From positions 1-59,976 of IMG/VR virus record IMGVR_UViG_3300032116_000208: a DNA stretch of 59,976 nt. The stretch is one strand, 5' to 3'. Every line of letters starts with the position of its first letter. Positions within the stretch are counted from its first letter, which is position 1. The position numbers and the translations under genes were made by a program. The notes beneath the pieces were generated by a model. That model ran no database searches and was not told where the DNA came from. It saw only the letters and a list, made by a program, of their open reading frames with translations. The stretch comes from a virus. Taxonomy: Duplodnaviria > Caudoviricetes. Positions 16,251 to 25,191 of the stretch are shown here, piece by piece.

Positions 16251-17818
16251 TGGTCTATCCGCTCTTTCATCATGTCGAGTAACACACCCTGCATAGACTG
16301 TTTGTCTTGCAGTCTCTTATACACACGCCGCTCAACATCCGTACCTGCAATGTGAACGATCACTGTGGTTCTTGTCTGGCCCGGTCGCCTTACGCGAGCA
16401 CAAGCCTGTTCGTAAGTCTCATTCGAGTGAACCGGGGCGTACCACACGATGGTGGTTGCTGCCGTCAGTGTCAGCCCATGGCTCATGGTCGATGCGTTAG
16501 CCACCAACACACGAGGGTCAAGGCCTCGTTGAAACTCACTAAAAATTCTGTCGCGCTCGGACTTGCTAGTCCCGCCATGCACCGTTTCTACCGCCCAGTC
16601 CTTACGCAGTTCTGACGCCACGCTTTCCAAGGCTCCGGTCAGTGGCACGAATACGATGACTTTGCCCTCAGACTCCTCAATGATTTCCTTGAGAACGTCC
16701 ATGCGAGGCTTGGATGGGATGACAACCTCTTCGCCACCTGTCCCGTACGCGACACCACATGCGATCTGGATTAACTTGTTGGCCTTGACAGCCTCGTTAA
16801 CCGCAAGAATCTGCCCACCGGAGTACTCGGTAGCCAGCTTGTTCATCATGTCCTTGTACGCCTTATCCTGCTCCTTGGTGAGGGCCACATCACGGGTGAT
16901 GAACGTCTGCTCGGGTAAGTCCACGCAGTCATCCAGCGAGAACCGGATAGCTGGCTGCATCATCTGATACACGGCGTCGTTGGCGTCCTGCCTAGGTGCC
17001 CACTTGAATGGTGTGATCTGCCGCATCACGCGGTCACGGAACGCACTGAAGTACTTGGGTACGCTGGAGTTATCAGGTGTCACCAGCTTGCATTGCGCCC
17101 ATGCGTCGGTAGGAGCGTTGGGAGTCGGAGACCCCGTCATGCCCCACACACGGCGTGTGGACTGCTTGTTGCAGATGGTGTTCAGAATCTTCCAGCGGTC
17201 AGTACCAGAGTTACGTGCCAACGCAAGTTCGTCTACAACGATCAGGTCAATGTCATCTCGCTTGGCCAGCTCGTCTTTGATGGTAGCCAGCCCGTCGATG
17301 TTGATGACGTAGACATGCACGTCTTGCTTGAGCAGCTTGTTGCGTCTGTCCCGTGAGCCATGCAGCACCACGCAGTCTAGGTGCGGGAACGTCTGGAACA
17401 CTGAGTCAGCCCACGTACGCTCCATGGTAGACAGTGGACATACAACGAGCATCTTCTTGACTGTCTTGGTACGACGCAGATAGTCGTACGCCCACAGTGC
17501 GCTGTTGGTCTTGCCAGTGCCCATGCCGTTGAGGCAGAACGCACGGCTGTTCATGGACAGAAATGAAGCCGTCTCCAGTTGAGCGGAGAACGGACTGTGC
17601 CTACCACTGACCTTGGGCCAGTCATAGTGCATGGGCATGGGGTCAGGAACCTCGAAGCCCAAGTTACGCAGCACCCGAGTTTCATCGGGTCTGTGTGGCA
17701 CTGCTACCAGTGTCGCGCCTTTGTGTTCGACCAACACTGAGGTTGGTATGACAGTCGTTACTCTTGTCGGGTTGCGAAGCTTGAGTACGACTGCTTTTTT
17801 GTCTTTGTGAATCAGCAT
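16247..17818 (-). CDS. SNF2-family helicase
   Basis: MGTGKT, VVCPLS, VVDE, MTGSP, HGLTLTAA, QACARVRRPGQ; likely start MLIHKDKK. Confidence 0.9.
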   Translation of the reverse strand: MLIHKDKKAVVLKLRNPTRVTTVIPTSVLVEHKGATLVAVPHRPDETRVLRNLGFEVPDPMPMHYDWPKVSGRHSPFSAQLETASFLSMNSRAFCLNGMGTGKTNSALWAYDYLRRTKTVKKMLVVCPLSTMERTWADSVFQTFPHLDCVVLHGSRDRRNKLLKQDVHVYVINIDGLATIKDELAKRDDIDLIVVDELALARNSGTDRWKILNTICNKQSTRRVWGMTGSPTPNAPTDAWAQCKLVTPDNSSVPKYFSAFRDRVMRQITPFKWAPRQDANDAVYQMMQPAIRFSLDDCVDLPEQTFITRDVALTKEQDKAYKDMMNKLATEYSGGQILAVNEAVKANKLIQIACGVAYGTGGEEVVIPSKPRMDVLKEIIEESEGKVIVFVPLTGALESVASELRKDWAVETVHGGTSKSERDRIFSEFQRGLDPRVLVANASTMSHGLTLTAATTIVWYAPVHSNETYEQACARVRRPGQTRTTVIVHIAGTDVERRVYKRLQDKQSMQGVLLDMMKERIDQ

Positions 17819-18048
17819 TGGTTGAGTGAGTCGTTCAGGAGAATCGCTTCGTCTGTAACGTGATCCCCCCATGTTTGAAGCCAGTATTTCTCCTGCAATT
17901 CCAACTCGCGTTGGGTGTGATGGCACACACGCTCGTACTTTAGAGCTAGCTGCCGTGCTCGCGCCGTTGTCACCCCGAGAACTTTTCCTGCTTTCTCGTA
18001 AGTAAGGCCCTGCGTGTGCTTTAGATTCCATGCAAGGCAGTACCGCAT
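17812..18048 (-). CDS. Small sigma4-like HTH protein
   Basis: GLTYEKAGKVLGVTTARARQL. Confidence 0.6.
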   Translation of the reverse strand: MRYCLAWNLKHTQGLTYEKAGKVLGVTTARARQLALKYERVCHHTQRELELQEKYWLQTWGDHVTDEAILLNDSLNQC

Positions 18049-18061
18049 GGCTGAGTAGTCC

Positions 18062-18328
18062 TCACTTGTCTGGGTTGTATGAGCCACTGCCTTTCCTCCA
18101 TCCACGGTTGGTTGTTCGGTCTTGCACAGCTACGTTGCCCTTGTGGTTGCCGCCGCCGTTCTCCAGTGACTTCTTGTGCGCAACGTCTTTACCATCGCCT
18201 ACCTTGGCCTTGCCATCTTTGATAGCTTCGCGCCGTGCAGCGTTGTTCTTCACACGCTTGGCCACTTCTTCAGGGCGAGCGTTGTATTCCTTCTGGTACT
18301 TAAGTTTTTGGGGTGTCGACTTGGTCAT
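18062..18328 (-). CDS. Small HNH-like protein
   Basis: GDGKDVAHKK...GN..V....NR. Confidence 0.65.
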   Translation of the reverse strand: MTKSTPQKLKYQKEYNARPEEVAKRVKNNAARREAIKDGKAKVGDGKDVAHKKSLENGGGNHKGNVAVQDRTTNRGWRKGSGSYNPDK

Positions 18329-19248
18329 GCTAGTACTCCTTCTACGATGTAAGCCTTACGTTGTTTGAGTTCGCCAGTCCCACGAATGAACGGGCTCCAC
18401 CAGTACACTCCGCTGCTTCGCCGCTTGAAATGTCCGCGCACAAGGTGAGCTTCTACGTCAGCGCGTTGGCTAGTAGTTCCTTTGCAGACAGTTTCTACTG
18501 CGGATAGGGAGACTACAGTGTACTCAGTGCTAGCCAGTATCTTCTTACGCCGACCAAGCATGGTACCTACACCTTGCCTTGGGCCAACTTTTGTTCTGGC
18601 AATACCTGACTTGCAGTTAATGACTGACTCCCAAATAAACATCAACGGGCTAACTTCTTCAAGAACCTCTTGCTTAAGTTTAGGAGTCATGCGTAGCAAA
18701 CCTTGCACAAACTGATTGGTATTCGACGTCGCGGTATTTGCCTGACTAAGAATGTGGCTGCTGATTGCATACGCCATGGGGCTCGGGGAAAAAGCACATT
18801 GCGTGGTTGCAGTTTGTTGGTCTGTGAATATATTAGCCATAAATGCGCCGCCACCTAAAGTGCCGTTATCAAACTCCCAAAATGGCCAAAACTCAAACGC
18901 AGGCTGACCGCTAATAGCAGTACGTCTAATTCGCGCTGCGACTCTGCGAATACTCAGCTTGTTCTCACCTTCAACAGCGTTTCGTAAAGTAGCGATCTCT
19001 GGGGTAATAGGCATTTCTACGACCAACGAGTCGTATGGCATGTGCAGCTCTTGCGCCTCGACTAACTCCCCAGCTTTCTTTTTGGATAGCTTTTGTATTT
19101 CCAGTGCCGTTTTGGGGGACATGACGAATATGGCGTCTACTTTAAATTCACTCGCCGGTATACGCAACGTTTCTATCTTTTCAGTGCTCATGGCAACAGC
19201 AGCCAAAGGCGAAAAGCCCTTGTCATCAGTTGTGAACGCTCTAGTCAT
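18325..19248 (-). CDS. Hypothetical protein with C-terminal H.VRGH.R motif
   Basis: 307 aa; HLVRGHFKRR..WWSPFIRG; overlaps both neighbours by 4 nt. Confidence 0.75.
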   Translation of the reverse strand: MTRAFTTDDKGFSPLAAVAMSTEKIETLRIPASEFKVDAIFVMSPKTALEIQKLSKKKAGELVEAQELHMPYDSLVVEMPITPEIATLRNAVEGENKLSIRRVAARIRRTAISGQPAFEFWPFWEFDNGTLGGGAFMANIFTDQQTATTQCAFSPSPMAYAISSHILSQANTATSNTNQFVQGLLRMTPKLKQEVLEEVSPLMFIWESVINCKSGIARTKVGPRQGVGTMLGRRKKILASTEYTVVSLSAVETVCKGTTSQRADVEAHLVRGHFKRRSSGVYWWSPFIRGTGELKQRKAYIVEGVLA

Positions 19249-19565
19249 TTTTTAGGCTCCAATTTTGAATAAACGTCGATCACGTCGAACAACATCGGCA
19301 TGTCATCAGGATTGTCCACTACCCAAGCAAATCCGTCAGCATTTCTGATAGCGTCAATTACTCTTTCTTGGTTTGACGTAATGTTCTTTTTCTTGCCGGG
19401 GGCCTTGGTCTCAAGGGCTATGAACAGCCCACGGTAGCAGCAGATGATGTCGGGGATGCCGACCTGTCCCATGCCGTTGGATACAGGCATGAAGTACCAT
19501 GCGCCACGCTCTTTGAGAAACTTCTTGCAAGCGTCTTTGACCTTGCCTTCTGGTGTACTAGCCAT
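19245..19565 (-). CDS. VRR-NUC nuclease / junction resolvase
   Basis: PEGKVK..GIPDII..LETKAPG..Q. Confidence 0.9.
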   Translation of the reverse strand: MASTPEGKVKDACKKFLKERGAWYFMPVSNGMGQVGIPDIICCYRGLFIALETKAPGKKKNITSNQERVIDAIRNADGFAWVVDNPDDMPMLFDVIDVYSKLEPKK

Positions 19566-20214
19566 TCTTCCTCCCGTTGAATTCGCAGCTCAATACTGAG
19601 CACCACGCCTTACACAACCCTGACGTTTTGGCTGGCCATTTGTCACGCTCGTATGCAGATTCCAGCTTGGCCACACGGGGCACGAACCCCTGCCAGATGA
19701 TGGGCACTTCCTTGCGCTCCACAGGCTTCCAGTCGATCTTCTTTTCCTTGAGCCAGATGAAACCCGTAGTGACCTTCTGTACTTCAGGGTGATGGGCAAA
19801 CACGTAGTTGGCGTACAGGTCTAGCTGCTCGGTGGGTTTGCGCTTGCCAGTCTTGTAGTCCGCGACCACAGCGTTCTTGCCATGGATGACAACCAAGTCA
19901 GCGATGCCGCGAGTCCATGAGCCTTTCCATTCGGTGGGCTGGAAGTTACGGTCAAGGGCGTATTCCTCCTCACACAGCTTCTGGCCCGGTAGTGCGGCCA
20001 GCTTGAACGCCAGCTTCTGCCACTGAGTCATGCCTTCTGGCAGCATGACACCGTCCTTGATGAAGTCTTCAAAGGCAGTGTGTACCTTTGTGCCCCACTC
20101 TGTGTGTATCGTAGGCGGCTCAACCACGTCTCGTTTGACCTTGAGGTGGTAGAACTTACGCGGGCAGGTCTCGAACGTATCCAATTGCGAGTACGTCCAT
20201 GCTGGGTTTGTCAT
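19558..20214 (-). CDS. PD-(D/E)XK Cas4/RecB-like exonuclease
   Basis: CPRKF, GTKVH, GIADL, DYKTGK, QL.LYA, C..WC....C. Confidence 0.9.
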   Translation of the reverse strand: MTNPAWTYSQLDTFETCPRKFYHLKVKRDVVEPPTIHTEWGTKVHTAFEDFIKDGVMLPEGMTQWQKLAFKLAALPGQKLCEEEYALDRNFQPTEWKGSWTRGIADLVVIHGKNAVVADYKTGKRKPTEQLDLYANYVFAHHPEVQKVTTGFIWLKEKKIDWKPVERKEVPIIWQGFVPRVAKLESAYERDKWPAKTSGLCKAWCSVLSCEFNGRKNG

Positions 20215-20280
20215 GTCATTCCAATGCGGTGACGCCCCAATACGTCATTTGACGGTTGGGGCTTTGTGTTCTGAAGCTCT

Positions 20281-20308
20281 ATGGTAGCAGCATGGTGAGT
20301 GGTGTCAA
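20281..20308 (-). promoter_or_regulatory. Sigma70 promoter TTGACA-N16-TACCAT (extended -10)
   Basis: -35 at 20308-20303, TGc-TACCAT ending at 20281, intergenic. Confidence 0.7.
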
Positions 20309-20311
20309 CGA

Positions 20312-22267
20312 TTATTTCACTTCGCCGTAGGTGTCACCTAAGTCACCCTCAGACCATGTGATTAGCTCTGGCCACCACGACACACCGCTACGCATAATGC
20401 CCTGCAATTCGTCAAGAACGTCTTGCGCCACAGTCTCTGGAACGATGTAAACCAACTCGTCATGCACCGCCAGTGACGGACGGAACTTCGTGCGCTGGAA
20501 CATACGCTGGGCATGCTCGGCGATCACGTCACGGGCAAGGGCTTGCACCAGATTCTCAACGCCTTTTCCGGCATAGATACGGGCTCGTGCGCGGCCACTG
20601 CCGTACCACCATTCGGTCTTGCCGTTGTCGGACTCTTTGGTCAGGCCGGGGTAGTAAATCTTGCGCCCGGACGGTAGGCGCACAGCATGTTTTTCTGTAA
20701 CGCACAGACCCCACGGGTCAATGGCTACCTCTGTACCTTGCTGGATGTTAGGCAGGCTGTTCTGGAACGCCTTCCAGCCCTTAACGATGTCATGGTATGT
20801 GTCACGCCATGCAGTCACCACCTCAAGCGACTCAGCCTCTGACAACTCCAGACCGCCCATCAGCTTGGCCACCTTGCGGAACGTAGGCGCACCAGCACCG
20901 AAGCCCAGACCCAACTGAGCGATCTTGGCCAGCTGTCGCTGGTCTTTGGACACGTCGCTCTCGTCGATGCCGTAGCGTGCAGCAGCAAACGATTTGTACA
21001 GGTCAGCCTCAACGTCGGACGCATACAAGTCCATGGACTGCTTGACCTTCCACAGGAAGTGGTTGACCCGCAACTCGATGCCGGACAAGTCAGCTACGAC
21101 AACCTTGTGCCCCTTGGGTGCTCGCAGTGAGTTACGCAGCGCATCAGAGGGCTTGGGCACCTTGGGGTTGATACGTGGCAGGTTCTGCATGTTGTACTGC
21201 TCACCAGACCAGCGGCCAGTGGTGTCAGCGCCAGCGTACTTGAGTGGCACGGGAATACGCCCGTCGCATGCGTCAGCGGCCTTGATGAACGCTTGCAGCC
21301 TTGTCTCCAGCAGGGTTGACTTAACCTCTAGGCGCACACGGGCAGCAGCAGCGATGATCGGGTCTTCGTGGTCTTGCAGTGCGATGAACGCATCGTCAGT
21401 CTTGGCCAGTGCCGGTGTCATCTTGGCCGGGTTGGTGGGCGACTGCTTCATGGGTACATCCACGCCACGGGACTTAAGCAGGTCACCAAACTTGGCAGCG
21501 CTTGCCATGGTCATGCGTACATACTCTTCGGGGTCGGTGGGGTCGCCTTCCAGCTTACGGGCCACTGATTCAGCTTGCGTAAACAGCAAGTCGTACAAGT
21601 CGTTGAGTGACTTGGCCTTCTCAGCCTTCACATCTTCCAGCGCCTTGTTCACCAGCTTGTAGTCGAGCTGGAACTTAGGCTCCACAAGCATGCGTGTAGT
21701 CATGTCGATGTGCAGCAACTCTGCCTTGGGAAATCCCTTGGCCAGCTTCTTGAACAACTCAGCGCACAGGTCAGTGTCCACCTTGTTGTACTCTTCCATG
21801 TCAGCCAGCTCATCAGGGGTGAAGTCGCACAGGTGCTTGCCCTTGGTGTTAGTGGCTTCTAGGTCTAGCTTCGCACCGACCTTCAACTCAGCGGCCAGCT
21901 TCTTGAGCGACACGCCGATGAGGAACTTGCCACCAACGGACGTGCCTGTCTTGGAATACTTGGACCGCGCCATGGCAGCAGTGCAGCCGTACATCTTGGG
22001 CTTGATGTTGAATCTCCATGCAAGGATCATGGAGTCGAAGCCGGACATGTTGTGGCCAACGACGATCTTGTCGTCCCAATCCATGTCTTGCAGGTGCTCA
22101 CGGATTACCTCCTCACCAAACAGTACGTATGTAGGCTCGTCGCCAACACGTATAGCCACAGAGATGATCTCGGTCTCAGGGTGTGTGATGTACTCGGTCG
22201 GAGACATACGACTCAGCGTGTGGGTCGTGCTCCAGTAGGATTCAAAGTCAATGTAGACGGGTGTCAT
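20312..22267 (-). CDS. polA: Family A DNA polymerase with 3'-5' exonuclease domain
   Basis: IDFES, GHN..FD, Y..D exonuclease motifs; TTGRWSG, DLSGIELRV, RQLAKIAQLGLGFG, VHDE. Confidence 0.95.
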   Translation of the reverse strand: MTPVYIDFESYWSTTHTLSRMSPTEYITHPETEIISVAIRVGDEPTYVLFGEEVIREHLQDMDWDDKIVVGHNMSGFDSMILAWRFNIKPKMYGCTAAMARSKYSKTGTSVGGKFLIGVSLKKLAAELKVGAKLDLEATNTKGKHLCDFTPDELADMEEYNKVDTDLCAELFKKLAKGFPKAELLHIDMTTRMLVEPKFQLDYKLVNKALEDVKAEKAKSLNDLYDLLFTQAESVARKLEGDPTDPEEYVRMTMASAAKFGDLLKSRGVDVPMKQSPTNPAKMTPALAKTDDAFIALQDHEDPIIAAAARVRLEVKSTLLETRLQAFIKAADACDGRIPVPLKYAGADTTGRWSGEQYNMQNLPRINPKVPKPSDALRNSLRAPKGHKVVVADLSGIELRVNHFLWKVKQSMDLYASDVEADLYKSFAAARYGIDESDVSKDQRQLAKIAQLGLGFGAGAPTFRKVAKLMGGLELSEAESLEVVTAWRDTYHDIVKGWKAFQNSLPNIQQGTEVAIDPWGLCVTEKHAVRLPSGRKIYYPGLTKESDNGKTEWWYGSGRARARIYAGKGVENLVQALARDVIAEHAQRMFQRTKFRPSLAVHDELVYIVPETVAQDVLDELQGIMRSGVSWWPELITWSEGDLGDTYGEVK

Positions 22268-22698
22268 CAGTACATGCCCTCAAGGTTAGGTGGTGCATAG
22301 TCCGGGCCTTTGGCAATCTTGCCGCTGTCGTTGAAGATGGGATAGCCGTTCTTGTCGAACTTGCTGTAGTTGCTGCGGTTCACGGCAGTCACAGCCTCGG
22401 CTGTCTTCATGCCAGCACAATGGCCTACGCCCACAGATGTAACGATCTGGTCAGCCAGCGAGTCAAGGAACTCTTTGCGGTCAGTGATGTACGCACTAGC
22501 ACTGCCGTTCTTTAGATTGTCAGCCAGCCAGCTCAAAGCTGTACGCGCCCGTACCAAAGCGTCAGCGTGTGTTGTGTTGATGACCGACAGCATCTCTACG
22601 ATCTCCTCTAAGTGACAGCCAAGCTGCACGTTGAAGTTCTCTTCGTTGGGGTTAGGTCTGGCACGTTTGTGCCACAGTTCAATTTGATCTACGCTCAT
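22267..22698 (-). CDS. MazG-like nucleotide pyrophosphohydrolase
   Basis: EEIVE, D.LAD, V.RSN.SK, GKIAKGPDY..P. Confidence 0.85.
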   Translation of the reverse strand: MSVDQIELWHKRARPNPNEENFNVQLGCHLEEIVEMLSVINTTHADALVRARTALSWLADNLKNGSASAYITDRKEFLDSLADQIVTSVGVGHCAGMKTAEAVTAVNRSNYSKFDKNGYPIFNDSGKIAKGPDYAPPNLEGMY

Positions 22699-22970
22699 TA
22701 CTGCTCCAATGCGTTTATTGCCATGATCCGGGCGATGACGTCCGGGATTTTCTCGTCGTCCTTGACGATGTAGAGGTGGTGCTGCCAGTCAGGGCCGCGC
22801 TGCTGCGGCTTGTATTGTGATGCCTTAACGATGTAGCCGTTGGTGGCTTTGATGATGGAAAAACTCAGCATAGTATCTTCCTCGGATACTCTGTTTGCTT
22901 TAACCACGTCCGTCGCGAGCGCTACGTCATTTGACATGAGCCAGTTACGCAGCCATTGTTTGATACTCAT
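22698..22970 (-). CDS. Hypothetical protein (NGY motif, paralog 1)
   Basis: IIKATNGYIV; GGAG RBS; ends LEQ. Confidence 0.75.
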   Translation of the reverse strand: MSIKQWLRNWLMSNDVALATDVVKANRVSEEDTMLSFSIIKATNGYIVKASQYKPQQRGPDWQHHLYIVKDDEKIPDVIARIMAINALEQ

Positions 22971-23296
22971 TACTGCTCCAGTTGGAATGCGACCATCGCT
23001 GCTGCAATGATCTCGTTGACTTCGGTGATTGTCTGCGCGATGTGCGTCGTGTACTCGTAGCCTTCCTTGGTGCCGATGTTGACTACGTAGCCGTTGGACA
23101 CCTGCTGCACTTCAATGTTGCCGCTGAAGATTTTCTTGCTACGTGTTTGCCTAATTTGGGATTGATAGCCCTGTATGGCACCCTGTAACCCAGAACTGGT
23201 CAAGGTACTGGCATTCACTGCGTTAATGTTGATAGCGCCCTGCGCTGCGTTATGCAACGGGCTACCAGTGATGGTGTGCATTAAGTTTCTGAACAT
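22970..23296 (-). CDS. Hypothetical protein (NGY motif, paralog 2)
   Basis: VQQVSNGYVV; ends LEQ. Confidence 0.75.
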   Translation of the reverse strand: MFRNLMHTITGSPLHNAAQGAININAVNASTLTSSGLQGAIQGYQSQIRQTRSKKIFSGNIEVQQVSNGYVVNIGTKEGYEYTTHIAQTITEVNEIIAAAMVAFQLEQ

Positions 23297-23589
23297 GTGC
23301 GTGTCTCCAGTTCGATTAGTAGTTCGATGTAGTGCTTGGCTTTCTCCAAGTCTTTGATGCCATGCTTGGCTCTCCAGCGCGATACGTACTTGATGACGTT
23401 GCCCTCCATGTAGCCAATGTTGTTGGCATGGATGTACTCCACAGGTTGAATGGCTAAGTCCTTGTAGTGGTTGCCAGCTACTTGCACGTCTAGGGCGCTC
23501 GTGCCGTTCAAGCCTGCGCGTAACATATCCTGCATAACTTCCTCCTCTTGGTTGGTCCAGTCAATTCCTAGGTTGTCGTTCTGGTTCAT
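23281..23589 (-). CDS. DUF3310 (SaV-like) protein
   Basis: QVAGNHYK..IQPVEYI..GNVIKYVSR..DLEKAKHY. Confidence 0.9.
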   Translation of the reverse strand: MNQNDNLGIDWTNQEEEVMQDMLRAGLNGTSALDVQVAGNHYKDLAIQPVEYIHANNIGYMEGNVIKYVSRWRAKHGIKDLEKAKHYIELLIELETRTCSET

Positions 23590-23792
23590 TCGTCTCTCCT
23601 AAAAGTTGGTAGGGGACACCAGTGTGTCCAGCCGTCTGAGTCTCGCCATGAGCCAAGCACTGCAACGCCCAAGCGTTTGTCGATCATCAGCATCTTCACG
23701 CTCTTTGGTGGTGGATACTCTTTGGCATCCAGCCACTTGTTGTTCACGTCCACCACAGCGAACTGGTCGTGGGTGAGCTTGATGTTGGTCAT
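23586..23792 (-). CDS. DUF551-like small protein
   Basis: W....PP...THWCPLP. Confidence 0.65.
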   Translation of the reverse strand: MTNIKLTHDQFAVVDVNNKWLDAKEYPPPKSVKMLMIDKRLGVAVLGSWRDSDGWTHWCPLPTFRRDE

Positions 23793-23974
23793 TTGATCTC
23801 CTCTATGCGTACTCTGACGCGGATTGGTACTGCTGTTATGTCACTGGTCTTCTCGACCCTCATGGCAACAACGGAAGCGTCTGCTCTTGTAGTGTAGAGA
23901 ATCGGAAGTCCACTAAGGCTGCGAAAGTTTCGGCCCCTGAGTTTGATCGCCCAAGCCTTGGTGTCTTTCTTCAT
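23789..23974 (-). CDS. Hypothetical protein
   Basis: MKKDTKAWAIK...VRVRIEE; ATGA-coupled. Confidence 0.65.
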   Translation of the reverse strand: MKKDTKAWAIKLRGRNFRSLSGLPILYTTRADASVVAMRVEKTSDITAVPIRVRVRIEEIK

Positions 23975-24150
23975 GACAACGACTTCCACTTGCTTTTGGG
24001 TTCATTGGCCCGCTCCATGTAGAAGTGAACCAAGAAGTTGAAGACCTGCGTGTAGGTCATGGTGATGCCCGTGTCGGCAGCTAAGCGGTCACGAATCTTG
24101 TCAATGTCTGTGCTCACCGGGATGGTGATGCGTTTGATCTTGTCGGTCAT
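23971..24150 (-). CDS. Small putative DNA-binding protein (RHH-like)
   Basis: AAGGAG RBS; KRITIPVS strand followed by two predicted helices. Confidence 0.55.
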   Translation of the reverse strand: MTDKIKRITIPVSTDIDKIRDRLAADTGITMTYTQVFNFLVHFYMERANEPKSKWKSLS

Positions 24151-24377
24151 GTGTTGCTCCTTGCTCGGATGGCATCTGCACAGTCCAAAGTAACACACTC
24201 ATAAAAAGATTCGCTGTCTAGCGACATTCGCTCAGGAGCGGGTAAGTCATCACACACCTTTGCACACGCCTCACGCTCGTCAGCACGGACAAGGGCTTCA
24301 AAGCGTTCAAGTCCTCGCGCATATACCGGCCCACCTACCAAACCAGCCTCCCGCGCCATTTCAATTACGGTCTTCAT
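24147..24377 (-). CDS. Hypothetical protein (EREACAK motif)
   Basis: LVRADEREACAKVC..CADAIRAR. Confidence 0.8.
   Translation of the reverse strand: MKTVIEMAREAGLVGGPVYARGLERFEALVRADEREACAKVCDDLPAPERMSLDSESFYECVTLDCADAIRARSNT
24255..24293. repeat. 39-bp direct repeat, copy 1
   Basis: Identical to 25081-25119; encodes LVRADEREACAKV. Confidence 0.95.
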
Positions 24378-24550
24378 GTGTTCTCCTTGATTGCATAGTC
24401 TTCACACTTGCGCTTCCAGCCCCATGTGTCTTTCATCCAGTACACCGGCGCATAAAAGCGCGGCTTGTGCAGCATGGCGCAGATCAGTACAGGCTTTGGC
24501 AGCGCTCTCATGGTGGCGTGCTTGCACTCGTCGCAGTGCTGGGTCTTCAT
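24374..24550 (-). CDS. Small Cys-rich protein
   Basis: MKTQHCDECKH..C..C; GGAG RBS. Confidence 0.7.
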   Translation of the reverse strand: MKTQHCDECKHATMRALPKPVLICAMLHKPRFYAPVYWMKDTWGWKRKCEDYAIKENT

Positions 24551-24756
24551 GTGTTCTTCTCCTTGAGTTTGACCACTCTTGGCTCGTGAGCACAAGCGTC
24601 TTCGTACTCCAGCACATCTTGCATCTTGTAACGGATTAAGCCGCCAATCTTCAAATATCGACAACCCTGCTTGAGCGATCTGTCTCGCTCCAGTGTCGCC
24701 TCGCTGATCTTCCATCGGAAGGCCAACTCCTCTTGTGTCATCAGTTGCTCGCTCAT
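24547..24756 (-). CDS. Xis/AlpA-like HTH DNA-binding protein
   Basis: LMTQEELAFRWKISEATLERDR..G..YLKIGG.IRY...DV..YE. Confidence 0.85.
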   Translation of the reverse strand: MSEQLMTQEELAFRWKISEATLERDRSLKQGCRYLKIGGLIRYKMQDVLEYEDACAHEPRVVKLKEKNT

Positions 24757-24875
24757 TGTGGTTTCTCCTCGTCATCAAACGCCATGTCTGGGTGCGGCAC
24801 GTTGTCATGCACCACCACACCATCAACGGCCTCGATGTACCGCCCACAGATAACGCAGTAATAGCCGTCATCCAT
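24753..24875 (-). CDS. 40-aa CxxC protein
   Basis: MDDGYYCVICGRYIE..VVVHDNVPH; GGAG RBS; fills the gap exactly. Confidence 0.65.
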   Translation of the reverse strand: MDDGYYCVICGRYIEAVDGVVVHDNVPHPDMAFDDEEKPQ

Positions 24876-25191
24876 TGTTCTTCTCCTTGAGTTTGGCTTC
24901 GATGGCTCTCATCATTTCCATATGGGCATACCTACCCCAAAGGGCTTGCATCTCCTCATCCGTCAACCCAACCCATTCCCGTTGTGCCGCAGGCAAGGCG
25001 GTGCAAACCGGGTCGCTCATTGTTCGAATGGCTTTAACGAGTAACGTAACATCTGCACCCCATTTTCGCCATGATTCAATCACCTTTGCACACGCCTCAC
25101 GCTCGTCAGCACGGACAAGCTCAGCAAAATGTTCGATGTCCCCATGCAGGGTCAGGCCATGCTCTTCAATTAATTGGAATGCGGTCTTCAT
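24868..25191 (-). CDS. Mosaic hypothetical protein
   Basis: EREACAK + WVGLTDEE + RAIEAKLKEKN motifs. Confidence 0.8.
   Translation of the reverse strand: MKTAFQLIEEHGLTLHGDIEHFAELVRADEREACAKVIESWRKWGADVTLLVKAIRTMSDPVCTALPAAQREWVGLTDEEMQALWGRYAHMEMMRAIEAKLKEKNNG
25081..25119. repeat. 39-bp direct repeat, copy 2
   Basis: Identical to 24255-24293. Confidence 0.95.

Noticed and set aside
17819-18031. Long N-terminal extensions in the ORF track (SNF2 18031; also 1122, 24871, 26739, 28850, 31402, 32976, 33973, 36123)
   Set aside because: They overlap upstream genes; downstream starts with an SD or stop/start coupling were chosen.
24255-25119. 39-bp repeat as DGR template/variable repeat or att site
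   Set aside because: Copies are identical with no adenine-specific differences; no reverse transcriptase or integrase present.
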